This document shows, piece by piece, positions 39,077 through 50,000 of a stretch of 64,000 bases of DNA. The notes under the pieces were generated by a model that had not been told where the DNA came from, ran no database searches, and was given only the letters and a program-made list of their open reading frames with translations. Source of the stretch: an uncultured Chloroflexia bacterium (GTDB lineage Bacteria; Chloroflexota; Limnocylindria; Limnocylindrales; CSP1-4); NCBI GenBank assembly GCA_963828165.1, contig CAWHDR010000001.1, positions 576,001 to 640,000 on the forward strand, in the 5' to 3' direction. Both the position numbers and the translations under genes were made by a program. Within the stretch, counting starts at the first letter, position 1. Each line of letters starts with the position of its first letter.

Positions 39077-40257
39077 GACTTGGGGACGTCCTTCCTGGGG
39101 TCGATGAACGGGATGGCCGCCGTCCGCGCGGGCCAGCGCCCCCCGTCTGGCGCCTCGATCTCGAGCGGCGTCCCGGCGGCCGCGAGCGCGATCGGCACCC
39201 ACACGTAGCCGATGTTGCGCTCGAGGCGTGGCGACCAGATGAGGTCCGTCACCGTCCCGACCGCCTCGCCGTCATGGCGGGCGACGCACTTGCGCGACAG
39301 CTCGAACGGGAGCGCGTCGCCATCGACCTCGATGCCGACCAGCTTGCGATCGACCCCGCGGGCACGGATCTCCTCGAGGGCCGCTTTGCCGATGTAGTCG
39401 GCCGCCTGCGGCTCCACCAGGCGCTCGAGCCCCATGACCTCGAACGGGTTGTTCTCGATCGTGATGTCCGAGCCGTAGTTGAAGATGCCGGCCTCGATGC
39501 GGCGCGCCTCGCAGGGCGCGATCGGACGGATGTCGTGCGGGCGGCCCGCCTCCATGATCCGGTCCCACAGCTCGGCGCCGCGCGACGGATCGCGCAGGTA
39601 GACCTCGTAGCCCACCTCCCCCGTCCAGCCGGTCCGGCTGATGACGACGGGGATGCCGTCGAGCTCGGTCTGGAGCGTCCAGTAGTACTTGATGTCGTGG
39701 ATCTGGGGCCCGAACAGCGTCGCCATGACGTCCTTCGACTTGGGGCCCTGGACCTGGACCGGGTAGACCTCGGGCTCGCGGACCTTGACGTCCATGCCGC
39801 TGTGGATCGCGACGCCCCGTGCCCACAGGCCGGCGTCGCTATCAGCGAGGGCCAGCCACCAGCGATCCGCCTCGACCCGCAGCAGGACCGGATCGTTGAC
39901 GATGCCGCCGTCCTCGGCCGTGATCAGCACGTACTTCCCCTGACCCACTTCGCATTTCGTGAGGTCCCGGCAGGTCAGCGTGTTGACGAACGCCGACGCA
40001 TCCGGCCCCGTGATCTCGACGATGCGCTCGACCGAGACGTCCCATAGGGTCACGCCGTTCAGCAGCGCCCAGTACTCCTCGATCGGGTCCGCGTAGAAAC
40101 CGGGGAGGTACATGTGGTTGTAGATGTCGTAGGCGCTGCAACCAGCCTCCAGGGTCTTCTCGAAGAACGGCGAGCGGCGATACCACGGTCCGAAGTACAG
40201 CGTCGACGAGTCGGTCGTCGCGGGCGTGGTCATCGGGCTGGCCATCGGATCCTCCAT
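39073..40257 (-). CDS. GcvT-family aminomethyltransferase (DmdA/demethylase-like)
   Basis: YNHMYLP, LWDVSVER, SRTGWTGEVGYE, RRIEAG, PFIDP. Confidence 0.88.
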   Translation of the reverse strand: MEDPMASPMTTPATTDSSTLYFGPWYRRSPFFEKTLEAGCSAYDIYNHMYLPGFYADPIEEYWALLNGVTLWDVSVERIVEITGPDASAFVNTLTCRDLTKCEVGQGKYVLITAEDGGIVNDPVLLRVEADRWWLALADSDAGLWARGVAIHSGMDVKVREPEVYPVQVQGPKSKDVMATLFGPQIHDIKYYWTLQTELDGIPVVISRTGWTGEVGYEVYLRDPSRGAELWDRIMEAGRPHDIRPIAPCEARRIEAGIFNYGSDITIENNPFEVMGLERLVEPQAADYIGKAALEEIRARGVDRKLVGIEVDGDALPFELSRKCVARHDGEAVGTVTDLIWSPRLERNIGYVWVPIALAAAGTPLEIEAPDGGRWPARTAAIPFIDPRKDVPKS

Positions 40258-40365
40258 CGGCTTGTCGATGGTCGGGATGGTCCGGCATCCAGGTTCTATT
40301 GCCTCTCGCGTTCCGCCAGATGGAGCGCCTGTTTCGAGTGGCGAGACGTCGTCCCGGGGCCGTGC

Positions 40366-42053
40366 CTAGTCCAGGGCCACCCGCTCGTGCCAGTGCGGAA
40401 CGTGCGTGGCCAGGCCGAGTTCCTGCACCTTGGGCTCAAGGGCGACCTGCGCCTCCGGGTCGCCGTGGACGAGGAACACGCGACGCGGGTAGCCGGCGTC
40501 GCCGGGGCGCTTGCCCTTCGTGAAGTCGCGCAGCCAGGCGAGCAGCTCTGTCTCGTCGGCGTGGGCCGAGAACCCGCTGATCGAGCGGACCTGGCAGCGG
40601 ACCTGACGCTGCTGCCCGTCGAGCCGCACTTCCTTGGCGCCGGCCTGGAGGTGCGCCCCGAGCGTCCCCTCGCCCTGGTAGCCGACGAACAGGATCGTCG
40701 CGTCCGGGTCGTCGATGAGCCGGCGCAGATGGCCGACGACGCGACCGCCGGTCAGCATCCCGTTCGAGGCGACGATCATGTACGGGCGCGAGGCCCGCTC
40801 GATCGCCTGGGACGCCTTGACGTCGTTGGTGACGATCTGGTCCGGGTAGTCGAATGGCGTGTCGCCCGTCAGCGGAGCAGCTCGGCGGTCTCCTCGTCGT
40901 AGTAGTCCGGGTGGCGCCGGTAGATGTCCGAGGCCTTCGAAGCCATCGGTGAGTCCAGGTACAGCGGCAGCAGCGGGATCTCGCCACGCTCGATGAGCCG
41001 GTCGAGCTCCCACACGACCTCCTGGGTGCGGCCGATCGCGAACGACGGCACGAGCAGCACACCGTTGGCCTCAGCCACGAGATGGATCGTCTCGACGAGG
41101 ATCCGGATCGCCTCGTCCTGGGGCTCGTGTTCGCGGCCACCGTACGTCGACTCGACGAGGACGTAGTCCGCGGCCGTCATCACGGTCGGGTCGCGCAGGA
41201 TCGGCGTGCCGGGGCGGCCGAGGTCCCCCGAGCAGACGATGACCCGCTCCTCCCCGCCCTCGCGGTCCTGGACTCGCAGCCGGATGATCGCCGACCCGAG
41301 GATGTGGCCCGCATCGAGGAACGTGGCCCAGACGCCGGGCGCGACCTCTCGCTCCTCGTCGTAGCCGATCGGCCGGAAATGCTCCAGCGTCCGTTCGGCG
41401 TCCTTCACGGTGTAGAGGGGCGCATCGAGGTCGATGTCGAGCGCAGGCGGCTGTGCGCGAAGGTCCGCCTCGGGGTCGCGCGGCCACGAAGCCGTTGCCC
41501 CTGGCTCGACGCTCGTCTCGACTTGCTCGCCGATCGACGATGCGACGGCCGTCGCGACGGCCGCGGGCCGCTCGACCGATCCTTCCGGTGCACCGGCCGT
41601 TTCGACCGCGACCTCCTCCTCGGAGCCACCGGCGGACGCCAGGTCGACCGCGGCCTGGTAGGCGTCTGCCTCCTTGCGGTCGTCGGCCTCGACCTCGTCC
41701 GGATGACGCTTCTCCCAGCGGGCCTCGCGCTTGGCGAACTCCTCGTGCAGGTGCCCGGAGTCGAGGAGCACGAGGGTCGCGAGCTCCACGGAGCCCGCCG
41801 TCGCGTGGATCGGCCCGGCGAACCCGCCCTTGACCAGCAGCGGCAGCAGGCCGCAATGGTCCAGATGGGCGTGCGTCAGGACGACCGCATCGAGACCCTT
41901 CGGGTCGAAGCCGAAGGGGATCCGGTTGCGCACGGACTCGTTCGGGCTCCCCTGGAACATGCCGCAGTCGATCAGGACGCGGGCCCGTTCGGTCTCGAGG
42001 AGGAATTGCGAACCGGTGACGGTGGTCGCGCCACCCAGGAAGTGGATCTGCAT
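40366..42053 (-). CDS. MBL-fold beta-CASP ribonuclease (frameshift ~40870)
   Basis: LTHAHLDHCG, AGHILGS, SGDLG, ESTYG, FSAHAD, LVHGD. Confidence 0.9.
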
Positions 42054-42101
42054 GGCCGTCATGGTGACAGCCCGCGCGTCCATCGGGGTATCGTCGCGAG
42101 C

Positions 42102-42788
42102 ATGCCGCCTCCCAACGCCGTCACGAGGTCCCGACGGCTGGATCTCCGTGCGGCCGCGCCGCGCCTCCCGGCACTCATGGTCGGCCTGGTCCTGTTCGGC
42201 GTCGGGATCGCGTTGATGGTCGAGGCCGGGCTCGGTCTCGGACCGTGGGAGGCGCTGAACCAGGGCATCGCCCGGCAGACCGGCCAGGAGATCGGCACGA
42301 TCAGCATCCTGCTGGGCATCCCGATCCTGGCGTTGTGGTGGCCACTCGGGGAACGACCGGGTATCGGCACGTTGCTCAACGTGCTCTCGATCGGCACGTC
42401 GACGAACGTCGGCATCGCCCTGCTACCGACACCGCCCGACGACGCCATGGCCCTGCGACTCGTGATGATGCTGGGCGGGGTCGGGGTGATCGCCGTCGGC
42501 AGCGCGATCTACCTCTCGACCGACCTCGGGCCGGGGCCGCGCGACGGGCTGATGACCGGTGCCTCGCAGCGCTTCGGCTGGTCGATCCGGCGAGCGCGCA
42601 CCGTGATCGAGCTGACGGTCCTCGCGATCGGCTGGGCCCTCGGGGGGACCGTCGGGCTGGGCACCGTGGTGTTCGCGCTCGGGATCGGGCCCTTGCTGCA
42701 GATGGCGCTGCGCGTCTTCGATCGGGGCGGGCGGGTGGGACGCGGGCGTCGCGTCGAGCTCGAAGCGGAGGGCGTCGTCGGCGAATGA
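42102..42788 (+). CDS. YczE/YyaS-type membrane protein
   Basis: [34 protein letters not shown]. Confidence 0.85.
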   Translation: MPPPNAVTRSRRLDLRAAAPRLPALMVGLVLFGVGIALMVEAGLGLGPWEALNQGIARQTGQEIGTISILLGIPILALWWPLGERPGIGTLLNVLSIGTSTNVGIALLPTPPDDAMALRLVMMLGGVGVIAVGSAIYLSTDLGPGPRDGLMTGASQRFGWSIRRARTVIELTVLAIGWALGGTVGLGTVVFALGIGPLLQMALRVFDRGGRVGRGRRVELEAEGVVGE

Positions 42789-42826
42789 GCCGGTGGCGAG
42801 GCGACAAGCTACTCGGGGCAGGAGCG

Positions 42827-44710
42827 TCAGGCCGTGAAGACGAGCGCGTCGACCGCGACGGCCAGGAACAGCAGCGACAGGTAGCTGATCGAGTACTTGT
42901 AGAGCTTGATCGCGCCCGCGGTGGAGGCCTCCTCGGAGGCGCCGCGTCGCCACAGCCCGTATGCCTGCCAGATGAAGACCGCGCCGAGACCGACCGCGGC
43001 GCCGAGGTACAGCGGACCCATGCGCGCGACCGGCCAGAGGATCAGCGAGATCGCGACCATGAGGAGCGTGTACAGCGCGATCTGCCGCGTGGTCTCGGGG
43101 ATGCCCCGGACCACGGGGAGCATCGGCACCCCAGCCGCCGCGTAGTCCTTGCGGATCCGCAGCGACAGCGCCCAGAAATGGGGCGGCGTCCAGTAGAAGA
43201 CCAGCGCGAACAGGATCAGCGCCGGAGCCCCCGACGTCGCCCGTCACCGCCGCCCAGCCGATGACCGGTGGCAGCGCTCCGGCGGCACCGCCGATGACGA
43301 TGTTCTGCGTGGTCGAGCGCTTCAGCAGCATCGTGTAGACGACCACGTAGAACCCGATGGCCAGGAGCGTCAGGAAAGCCGCGAGCAGGTTGACGAACCA
43401 GGCCATGACCACGAACGAGATGACGCCGAGGACGATGCCGAAGACGACCGCGCGCTCGGGCTCGACCTGGTGGGCCGGCAGCGGCCGGCGCCGGGTTCGG
43501 GTCATGAGCCCGTCGATGTCCCGGTCGAGGTAGCAGTTGATGGCGTTGGCGCTGCCGGCGGCGAGCGTGCCGCCGATGAGCGTCCAGGCGACCAGCCGGC
43601 CCCACTCGCCCCACTCGAGGCCAGGGACCCAGCGCGTGGCGAGGACCATCGCAGGCACGGTCGTGACGAGCAGCAGCTCGATGATGCGCGGCTTCGTGAG
43701 CGCGATGTACGCGCGGATCGTGTCGCGGGTCGTGTGTGGGGCCGCTCCTTGTGAGCGAGCGTCATCCGGGCCGGCGCCCACGCCCCGACCCGTTCCGGCG
43801 GGCGCCGTCTGCGCCTCGTAGAAGCTGGCCACCGTCAGGCCGACCAGCAACGCGAAGATCACCGCACCGAGCCCGAGGTGGAGGGTCTGCGACCACCCGG
43901 ACAGGCCGGTCAGGACCTGTAGCCCGCCGACGACGACCTGGATCGCGTAGAGCGCGGCGGCGGCCACCGCGACGCGGGCGATCGTCGGGCCGATCGCGCC
44001 GGGTCCGCCAGGCCACGATCGCGAGCACCGCCACGATCAACCCGACGACCGCGGCCACCCAGCGGTGGAGGACGTGCGCCGACGTGGCCTCGGTGAGAGC
44101 CGGGATGAGCGTGCCGCCCATCAGCGGCCAGTCGGGGAACACCAGGGCGGAGTCGGTCGCGGTGACGCGGGAGCCGAAGAGCAGCAGCGCGAACGTGGAG
44201 AGCGTCGTGAAAGCCGCGAGCAGCGTGAAGCGCTGGCTGCGCGCCGCCACCACTGCCGGCGAGGCGGGCCGGGAAGCCGGCACGCACCGTCAGGAACACG
44301 AGCAGGGCGACCAGCAGAAGCGCCGCGGTCAGGTGCGCCGTGACCGACTCCCCGCTGTTGCCGAGACGGACGGTCTCGCGCCCGAGCCAGGCCTGGAACC
44401 CGACGAGACCGACCGACGCGATGGACGGCCAGAGGAGCGACGGCTGGTCGCGATGATCACGGAAGGCCAGGATGGCGAGGCCCAGGATCTCGAATCCGAT
44501 GATCGCCGCGATGGTCCGATGGACCCACTCGATCCACGCCTTGGGGTCATCGATCGGTGGGAGCAGCTGGCCGTGGCAGAACGGCCAGTCGGGGCAGCCG
44601 AGCCCGGAGTCCGTGGCGCGCACGACGACGCCGACGATGACCAGCAGGATCGCGGTCCCGAGCGTGAGCGCGGCAAGCTTCTGGAAGCGGGTCAATGGGT
44701 CTCCTGGCAC
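42827..44710 (-). CDS. Fused heme A synthase (CtaA) - heme O synthase (CtaB/CyoE), several frameshifts
   Basis: [20 protein letters not shown], then [28 protein letters not shown]. Confidence 0.85.
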
Positions 44711-44849
44711 GCCGGACGCCAGTGCGCGCCGGAACGGGGACGGTGGCGGTCAACGGCCACGCGCATTCTAGCGCGGCATCGGTCCGTCCCCCGCCGGCTC
44801 TCGGAGACGTCGGCGGCGGCCTTCAGCGGCCTCGGCTACGCTTGCCGCC

Positions 44850-45848
44850 ATGACCCCTCGATCCTTCCTCGCGCTCGTGGCCGCGCTCGTCCTTGTGGTC
44901 GCCGCGTGCGGGCCTGCCGCTGAGACCACGTCCCCGGCGTCACCGTCACCCGGTGGCTCGCCTGTGGCGGGTGCGTGCCCGATCACACCCCCACCGTCAG
45001 GCACGCCCGAAGGGTGGGACGTTGGGGCGCAGCAACCCTCGGTGTTCCCGCAGATCATCAACCCCGGTGGCTCGATCGCCTGTGGCCAGACCCGGCTGAT
45101 GTTCTCCTTCCTCGACGATCAGAACGTCCCGGTGGCGAATCCCGACCAGACCGTCGAGGTCGCGCTGTTCGACCTCGGGGCGGATCCGGCCACCCCGGCC
45201 CTGACCGGGCTCGCGACCTTCATCTGGGCGATCGAGCCGACCGTGGGCGTCTACGTCTTCGATGCCGACTTCCCGACGGCGGGGACGTGGGGCGCGCAGT
45301 TCACGAGGACCGTCGGCGACAGCCCACCCGAGGTCATCCGTGTCGGCTTCGACGTGCAGCCGGACGCGGCGGGTGTGGCGGTCGGCGACAAGGCGCCCGC
45401 CTCCGACACCCCGACGCTCGCCGACGTCGGGGGCGACGTGACGAAGATCTCGACCGACGACGAGCCCGTCGATGCCTTCTACGAGACGTCCATCGCCGAT
45501 GCCGTCGCCGCCAAGGAGCCATTCGTCGTCGCCTTCGCGACGCCGAAGTTCTGCCAATCCCAGCAGTGCGGGCCAACCCTCGACCGGCTCAAGCCCATCG
45601 CCACCGCCCACCCGGACGTGACCTTCATCAACGTGGAGCCGTACCAGCTCGAGCTCGTCGACGGTCAGCTCCAACCGGTGCTCACTGGGGATCCACCCCA
45701 GCTGACCCCCGCCGCCTCCACCGACGAGTGGAAGCTCCTCAGCGAGCCCTGGGTCTACGTGGTCGACCGCAATGGGAACGTGACCGCGTCGTTCATGCTG
45801 ATCTTCAGCGAGGAGGAGCTCGAGGCCGCGGTCAGCGCCGTCGAATAG
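44850..45848 (+). CDS. Lipoprotein with thioredoxin-like C-terminal domain
   Basis: VAAC lipobox; FATPKFCQSQQCGP; SEPWVYVVD. Confidence 0.7.
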   Translation: MTPRSFLALVAALVLVVAACGPAAETTSPASPSPGGSPVAGACPITPPPSGTPEGWDVGAQQPSVFPQIINPGGSIACGQTRLMFSFLDDQNVPVANPDQTVEVALFDLGADPATPALTGLATFIWAIEPTVGVYVFDADFPTAGTWGAQFTRTVGDSPPEVIRVGFDVQPDAAGVAVGDKAPASDTPTLADVGGDVTKISTDDEPVDAFYETSIADAVAAKEPFVVAFATPKFCQSQQCGPTLDRLKPIATAHPDVTFINVEPYQLELVDGQLQPVLTGDPPQLTPAASTDEWKLLSEPWVYVVDRNGNVTASFMLIFSEEELEAAVSAVE

Positions 45849-45851
45849 CGG

Positions 45852-46218
45852 TCACACCCGCGCGTCCTCGAGCCGTACCGCGAAGCGCTCGTTGCCCTCG
45901 ACCCGGTAGTACACGACCACGGGCTCGGCCGTCGCCTGGTGCTCCGCGAGGTGCCCCGGCGGGAACTCGTTCCCGTTCTCGAGCTCCCCGATCCGGAATT
46001 CGAGCATCTCGCCGCCCGGCCGGCGCAGGCGTGAACCCGCGGACGTCGGCGAGGCCCGATCCATCGATCGCGACGATCACGCCCTCGACGGAGGTGGTCT
46101 CCGGCGGCTCGTCCGGATCGAGGACCGAGGTGTTGCTCAACAGGATCGCGGCGCCACCCGTGACCGCGATGACGATGACCAGGACCACGGCGAACAAGTT
46201 CCGCGTCCGCCGATCCAC
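45852..46218 (-). CDS. Membrane-anchored hypothetical protein (frameshift ~46030)
   Basis: N-terminal TM; C-terminus FPPGHLAEHQATAEPVVVYY in ORF 45852..46064. Confidence 0.65.
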
Positions 46219-46224
46219 CCCGGA

Positions 46225-46917
46225 TCAGGCGCTGGCGGGTGCCGCGGCCCCGGTGCTGCCCGGCGCATGGACGGGCTCGCCGGTGGCACAGCGGGGGCAC
46301 GTGGCTTCGCCCGGTTCGTAGGTCGGCAGGTCGAGCTGCCAGAGCGACCGGAACGGATACGTCCGGCCCGTGGCCGGAGACGTGAGCGTCGCGCGTCCAC
46401 CGCTGCGATCCACGAGCACGACGCAGTCGACGATCTCGCCGCCCATCGCCTCCACGGCCGGGATCATGGCCAGCAGCGAGCCGCCGGTCGTGAGGATGTC
46501 GTCGACCAGGAGCACGCGCTCACCGGGCAGGATCACGAATCCACGCCGGAACTCCCGACGGGACGCGCCGTCCGCGTCGCGCACTTCCTCGGCGAAGATG
46601 CTGCGCAGCCCAAGCTGGCGCGCGGTCTCGAACGCCAGGATCACCCCGCCGGTCGTCGGCCCCGCCACGAGGTCGACCAGCGGGCCAGGGGCGTCGTCGG
46701 CGCCACGCATCCGGGCCGCCCAGAACGAGCACAGCTCGCTGGTCGCGGCGGGATCGGACAGGACCGCGAACTTCTCGACGTACGCATCGGCGTGCCGGCC
46801 GCTCTTGAGCTGGAAGTGTCCTTCGCGAAACGCACCGGAGGCCCGGAACAGGGCCTCGGTCCGCTGCGCGATGCCGGCCCGGGCGGCAAGGTCGAGTGCG
46901 GGCTTGATCGTCGTCAC
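46225..46917 (-). CDS. pyrE: Orotate phosphoribosyltransferase
   Basis: GHFQLKSGRH, LLVDDILTTGGS. Confidence 0.92.
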   Translation of the reverse strand: MTTIKPALDLAARAGIAQRTEALFRASGAFREGHFQLKSGRHADAYVEKFAVLSDPAATSELCSFWAARMRGADDAPGPLVDLVAGPTTGGVILAFETARQLGLRSIFAEEVRDADGASRREFRRGFVILPGERVLLVDDILTTGGSLLAMIPAVEAMGGEIVDCVVLVDRSGGRATLTSPATGRTYPFRSLWQLDLPTYEPGEATCPRCATGEPVHAPGSTGAAAPASA

Positions 46918-46942
46918 GTGTCCAGTCTACGTGGCGGGCTGG

Positions 46943-48076
46943 TCAGGGCCGGTATTCGACGCCCTTCGCCGATGGCGCGCCGGCCCGATTCGGCAGCGCA
47001 CTCCCGACGAGGTCGAGATGGGTCGTCGCGCCCACCCGGCGGCACTCGGCCGACAGCTCGTCCACGAGCCTGACCGGCAGCGTGGGGTCCGCAAAGATCG
47101 CCGTTCCCACCTGGACGGCCACCGCGCCCACCGCCAGGAAGTCGAGCACGTCGGCGAGCTCGGTCACGCCGCCGATCGCGACGATCGGGATCTTCACCGC
47201 CTGGGCCGCCTCGTAGACGATTCGCAGGGCCACGGGCTTCACGGCCGGGCCGCTCAGGCCGCCGTAGATGTTGCCGAGCAACGGTCGCCGACGACCCGGC
47301 GCGACGGCGATGCCAGACAGCGTGTTGATGGCCGTCAGCGCATCGGCGCCGGCGTCGGCGATGGCCCGGGCGATCGGCCGGATGTCGGCGACGTTCGGCG
47401 ACAGCTTCACGAGCAGTGGCAGGTCCGTGGCACGGCGGACCGCGGCCGTCACCTCGCCCGCCGCTCCGGCGTCGATCGCGAACTGGAGCCCGCCCTTGCC
47501 CACGTTCGGGCAGGAGATGTTCAGCTCGATCCCGGCGATCCCGGGCACGCCCTCGAGCCGGCGCGTCACCTCGACGTAGTCGCCCACGGACTCGCCGGCC
47601 ACGTTGACGATCACCGGCACCTTCCAACCCGCCCATGTCCTGGCGTATTTCTCGACGACGGCGTCGACCCCGGGGTTCTGCAGGCCGATCGAGTTGAGCA
47701 TTCCGCCCGGCGTCTCGGTGACCCGCGGCGTAGGGTTGCCGATGCGCGGCTTGAGCGTCGTGCCCTTGCAGCAGATCGCGCCCAGCCGATCGACATCGAC
47801 GACGTCGCCGTACTCGACTCCGTAGCCGAACGTCCCCGAGGCCACCAGGATCGGGTTCGGGAGCACGAGTCCGCGCCCGAGGTCGACGGAGAGGTCGATC
47901 TCGATGTCGCGGTTGGCTTCGGCGGCGGCCTCGTGCGCGGCCGGGGGTGGTCGCCGCTCGGACATGGCATGGGGCACGAACGGGGCCATCGCCGGCCGGC
48001 TCCTCGGCGGCCTGGGAGTCCGGCTGGCGCCTGCCGGCCGGCCCGAGGACGTGATCACCCGCCGCTTGGCCTTCAC
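46943..48076 (-). CDS. pyrD: Dihydroorotate dehydrogenase family 1B catalytic subunit
   Basis: ASGTFGYG, NSIGLQNPG, ELNISCPN, KLSPN, GGLSGPA; start uncertain. Confidence 0.95.
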   Translation of the reverse strand: MKAKRRVITSSGRPAGASRTPRPPRSRPAMAPFVPHAMSERRPPPAAHEAAAEANRDIEIDLSVDLGRGLVLPNPILVASGTFGYGVEYGDVVDVDRLGAICCKGTTLKPRIGNPTPRVTETPGGMLNSIGLQNPGVDAVVEKYARTWAGWKVPVIVNVAGESVGDYVEVTRRLEGVPGIAGIELNISCPNVGKGGLQFAIDAGAAGEVTAAVRRATDLPLLVKLSPNVADIRPIARAIADAGADALTAINTLSGIAVAPGRRRPLLGNIYGGLSGPAVKPVALRIVYEAAQAVKIPIVAIGGVTELADVLDFLAVGAVAVQVGTAIFADPTLPVRLVDELSAECRRVGATTHLDLVGSALPNRAGAPSAKGVEYRP

Positions 48077-48942
48077 GACCAGGCTCCCTCCCAGACCAGC
48101 TCCTCCGAGGCGAACACGGGCCCCTCACGGCAGACCCGCTGCGGCACCCCGGTCGTGCTCATCACGACGCAACCCAGGCACGCGCCCACCGCACACCCCA
48201 TGTTCTGCTCCATCGACACCTGCAGAAAGGCCTTTCGTCGCGCCGCCGCCGATCCGGCCGGGTCGCCGCGTCCACCACCGCGCTTCCGACCGAGGCTCGC
48301 GACGCCGAGCCGCCCCCGCCGGCCCTCCGCCTGTCTCGCGAGCGCGGCCAGCATCGCCGAAGGACCACAGGCGAACGCCTGGTCGGCCCAAGCCTCGTAC
48401 TCCGGGACGAGGTCGGTGACGAAACCGTGATGACCGAGCGAGCCGTCATCGGTCGCCACGACGTACTCGATCTCATCGGGCAACAGGCTGGACGGGTACA
48501 CCTCGCGGGAGCTCGCCGCGCCGAACAGCAGCGTCACCTGGCGGCCGTCGCGGATCGCCTCGTCGGCGAGCATCCGGACGCCGGCCATGCCCAGACCACC
48601 GGCCACGAGCAGCAGATGGCGGCTGCGCGGGTCCACCTCGAACGGGCGACCGAGGGGGCCCAGGAGGTCGATCTCATCGCCGGCCCGGAGCCTCGTGAAC
48701 CACTCGGTGCCGCGGCCGATGACGCGGAAGTGGATCGTGATGACGCCGGTCGCGACGTCCGCGGTGTTGACCGAGAAGGGGCGGCGCAACACCATGCCGG
48801 AAAAGTCCCCGGTCCGGACATGCACGAACTGGCCGGCGCGCGAACCGCTCGCGATGGTCGGCGCGTGGTACGCCTGGAGCCACTGACCGGGCAGGATCTC
48901 GCGGCTCTCCACGAGCTCTGCCGCGGCGAGCCGCATCGTCAC
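48073..48942 (-). CDS. pyrK: Dihydroorotate dehydrogenase electron-transfer subunit
   Basis: LRRPFS, GPLG, ACGP, MGCAVGACLGC...C..GPVF. Confidence 0.92.
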   Translation of the reverse strand: MTMRLAAAELVESREILPGQWLQAYHAPTIASGSRAGQFVHVRTGDFSGMVLRRPFSVNTADVATGVITIHFRVIGRGTEWFTRLRAGDEIDLLGPLGRPFEVDPRSRHLLLVAGGLGMAGVRMLADEAIRDGRQVTLLFGAASSREVYPSSLLPDEIEYVVATDDGSLGHHGFVTDLVPEYEAWADQAFACGPSAMLAALARQAEGRRGRLGVASLGRKRGGGRGDPAGSAAARRKAFLQVSMEQNMGCAVGACLGCVVMSTTGVPQRVCREGPVFASEELVWEGAWS

Positions 48943-49979
48943 GCGGTCGGGCGGTCCTCCGCGTCCTTGGTGTCGTCGGCGACCTCGGCATCCGCCGCGT
49001 CTTCGACGTCCTCGACATCCTCCGCGGCCACGACGTCGTCGACATCGGCCGCGGCGGCTTCGCCGGACCCGGCGCCTGCTGCCGCGATCCCGGCGTCTTC
49101 CGGCGCCACCGCCGGGTAGGCCTCGGCGAGAGCATCGGCGAGATCCCCGAACACGTCGGTCGGGTCGTAGAACTCGACGAGCTCATCCGCGCCGGACAAC
49201 GTCCGCCACGACCCGTCCGCTTCCTCGGGGATGACCTCGGCCCGGAACTCGCCGGCTGCGGTGAGGACCAGGCGCTCGTCGTCGTCGTCGACGATGACCA
49301 GGTCGCCGAGGAGACCGGAGGCGCCCGCCGCCGCGACCTCGAATTCGTCGAGCAGCCGGGATTCGCTGCGTTGGCTGCGCTCCTGGTACTCGAGGGCGAG
49401 GTCGTACAGGCGACGTGCGGCCGCCTCGTCGTCTTCCAGGGCCGGGGCGTCGCCCTGACCGGCCGCCCATGAGTCGGCCGCGGCGGCATACGGATCCTCG
49501 CCGAGCGTGATCGTCTCCTCGGGAGAGATCCCGGCGGAGTCGAGCAGGTCCTCGGCCGCGGTCGGGGCCTCGGCGTAGCCCGCTGCCTCGCGGGCCGCGT
49601 CGCCGAAGGCCGCGTAGATGTCGGCCGGGTTGTACAGCTCGACGAGCTCGGACGCGGACTCGATGACCTCGGTCTCGCTCACCCATTCGCCGCTGGTCTC
49701 GTCCTGGAACCGGCTGCGGCTCCGGAACGAGAGGTCGGGCGCGATCGAGAGGTAGTCGGGCTCTTCGTCGATGAGCGTCAGGCCGCCGTAGGCAGCGAGC
49801 CGCTCCTTGTGGCGATCGAGGAACCGACGAAGCTGGTCCGTGCTCTGCACGAGGAAGTCGGATCGCTCGAGGGCGGCGTCCGCCGCGATCTCCCCGAGCA
49901 GGTCGTTGCGGCCCGTATCCATGGGTTGCCTCCCGTTCGGTTCATCGCCAGGCGGTCGTGCGTCGCGTCGGATGCTCAT
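48939..49979 (-). CDS. Highly acidic hypothetical protein with internal duplication
   Basis: ELVELYNPADIYAAFGDAAREA / ELVEFYDPTDVFGDLADALAEA; stop overlaps pyrK start. Confidence 0.75.
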   Translation of the reverse strand: MSIRRDARPPGDEPNGRQPMDTGRNDLLGEIAADAALERSDFLVQSTDQLRRFLDRHKERLAAYGGLTLIDEEPDYLSIAPDLSFRSRSRFQDETSGEWVSETEVIESASELVELYNPADIYAAFGDAAREAAGYAEAPTAAEDLLDSAGISPEETITLGEDPYAAAADSWAAGQGDAPALEDDEAAARRLYDLALEYQERSQRSESRLLDEFEVAAAGASGLLGDLVIVDDDDERLVLTAAGEFRAEVIPEEADGSWRTLSGADELVEFYDPTDVFGDLADALAEAYPAVAPEDAGIAAAGAGSGEAAAADVDDVVAAEDVEDVEDAADAEVADDTKDAEDRPTA

Positions 49980-50000
49980 ATCTCACTCATCGGTGGCGGG

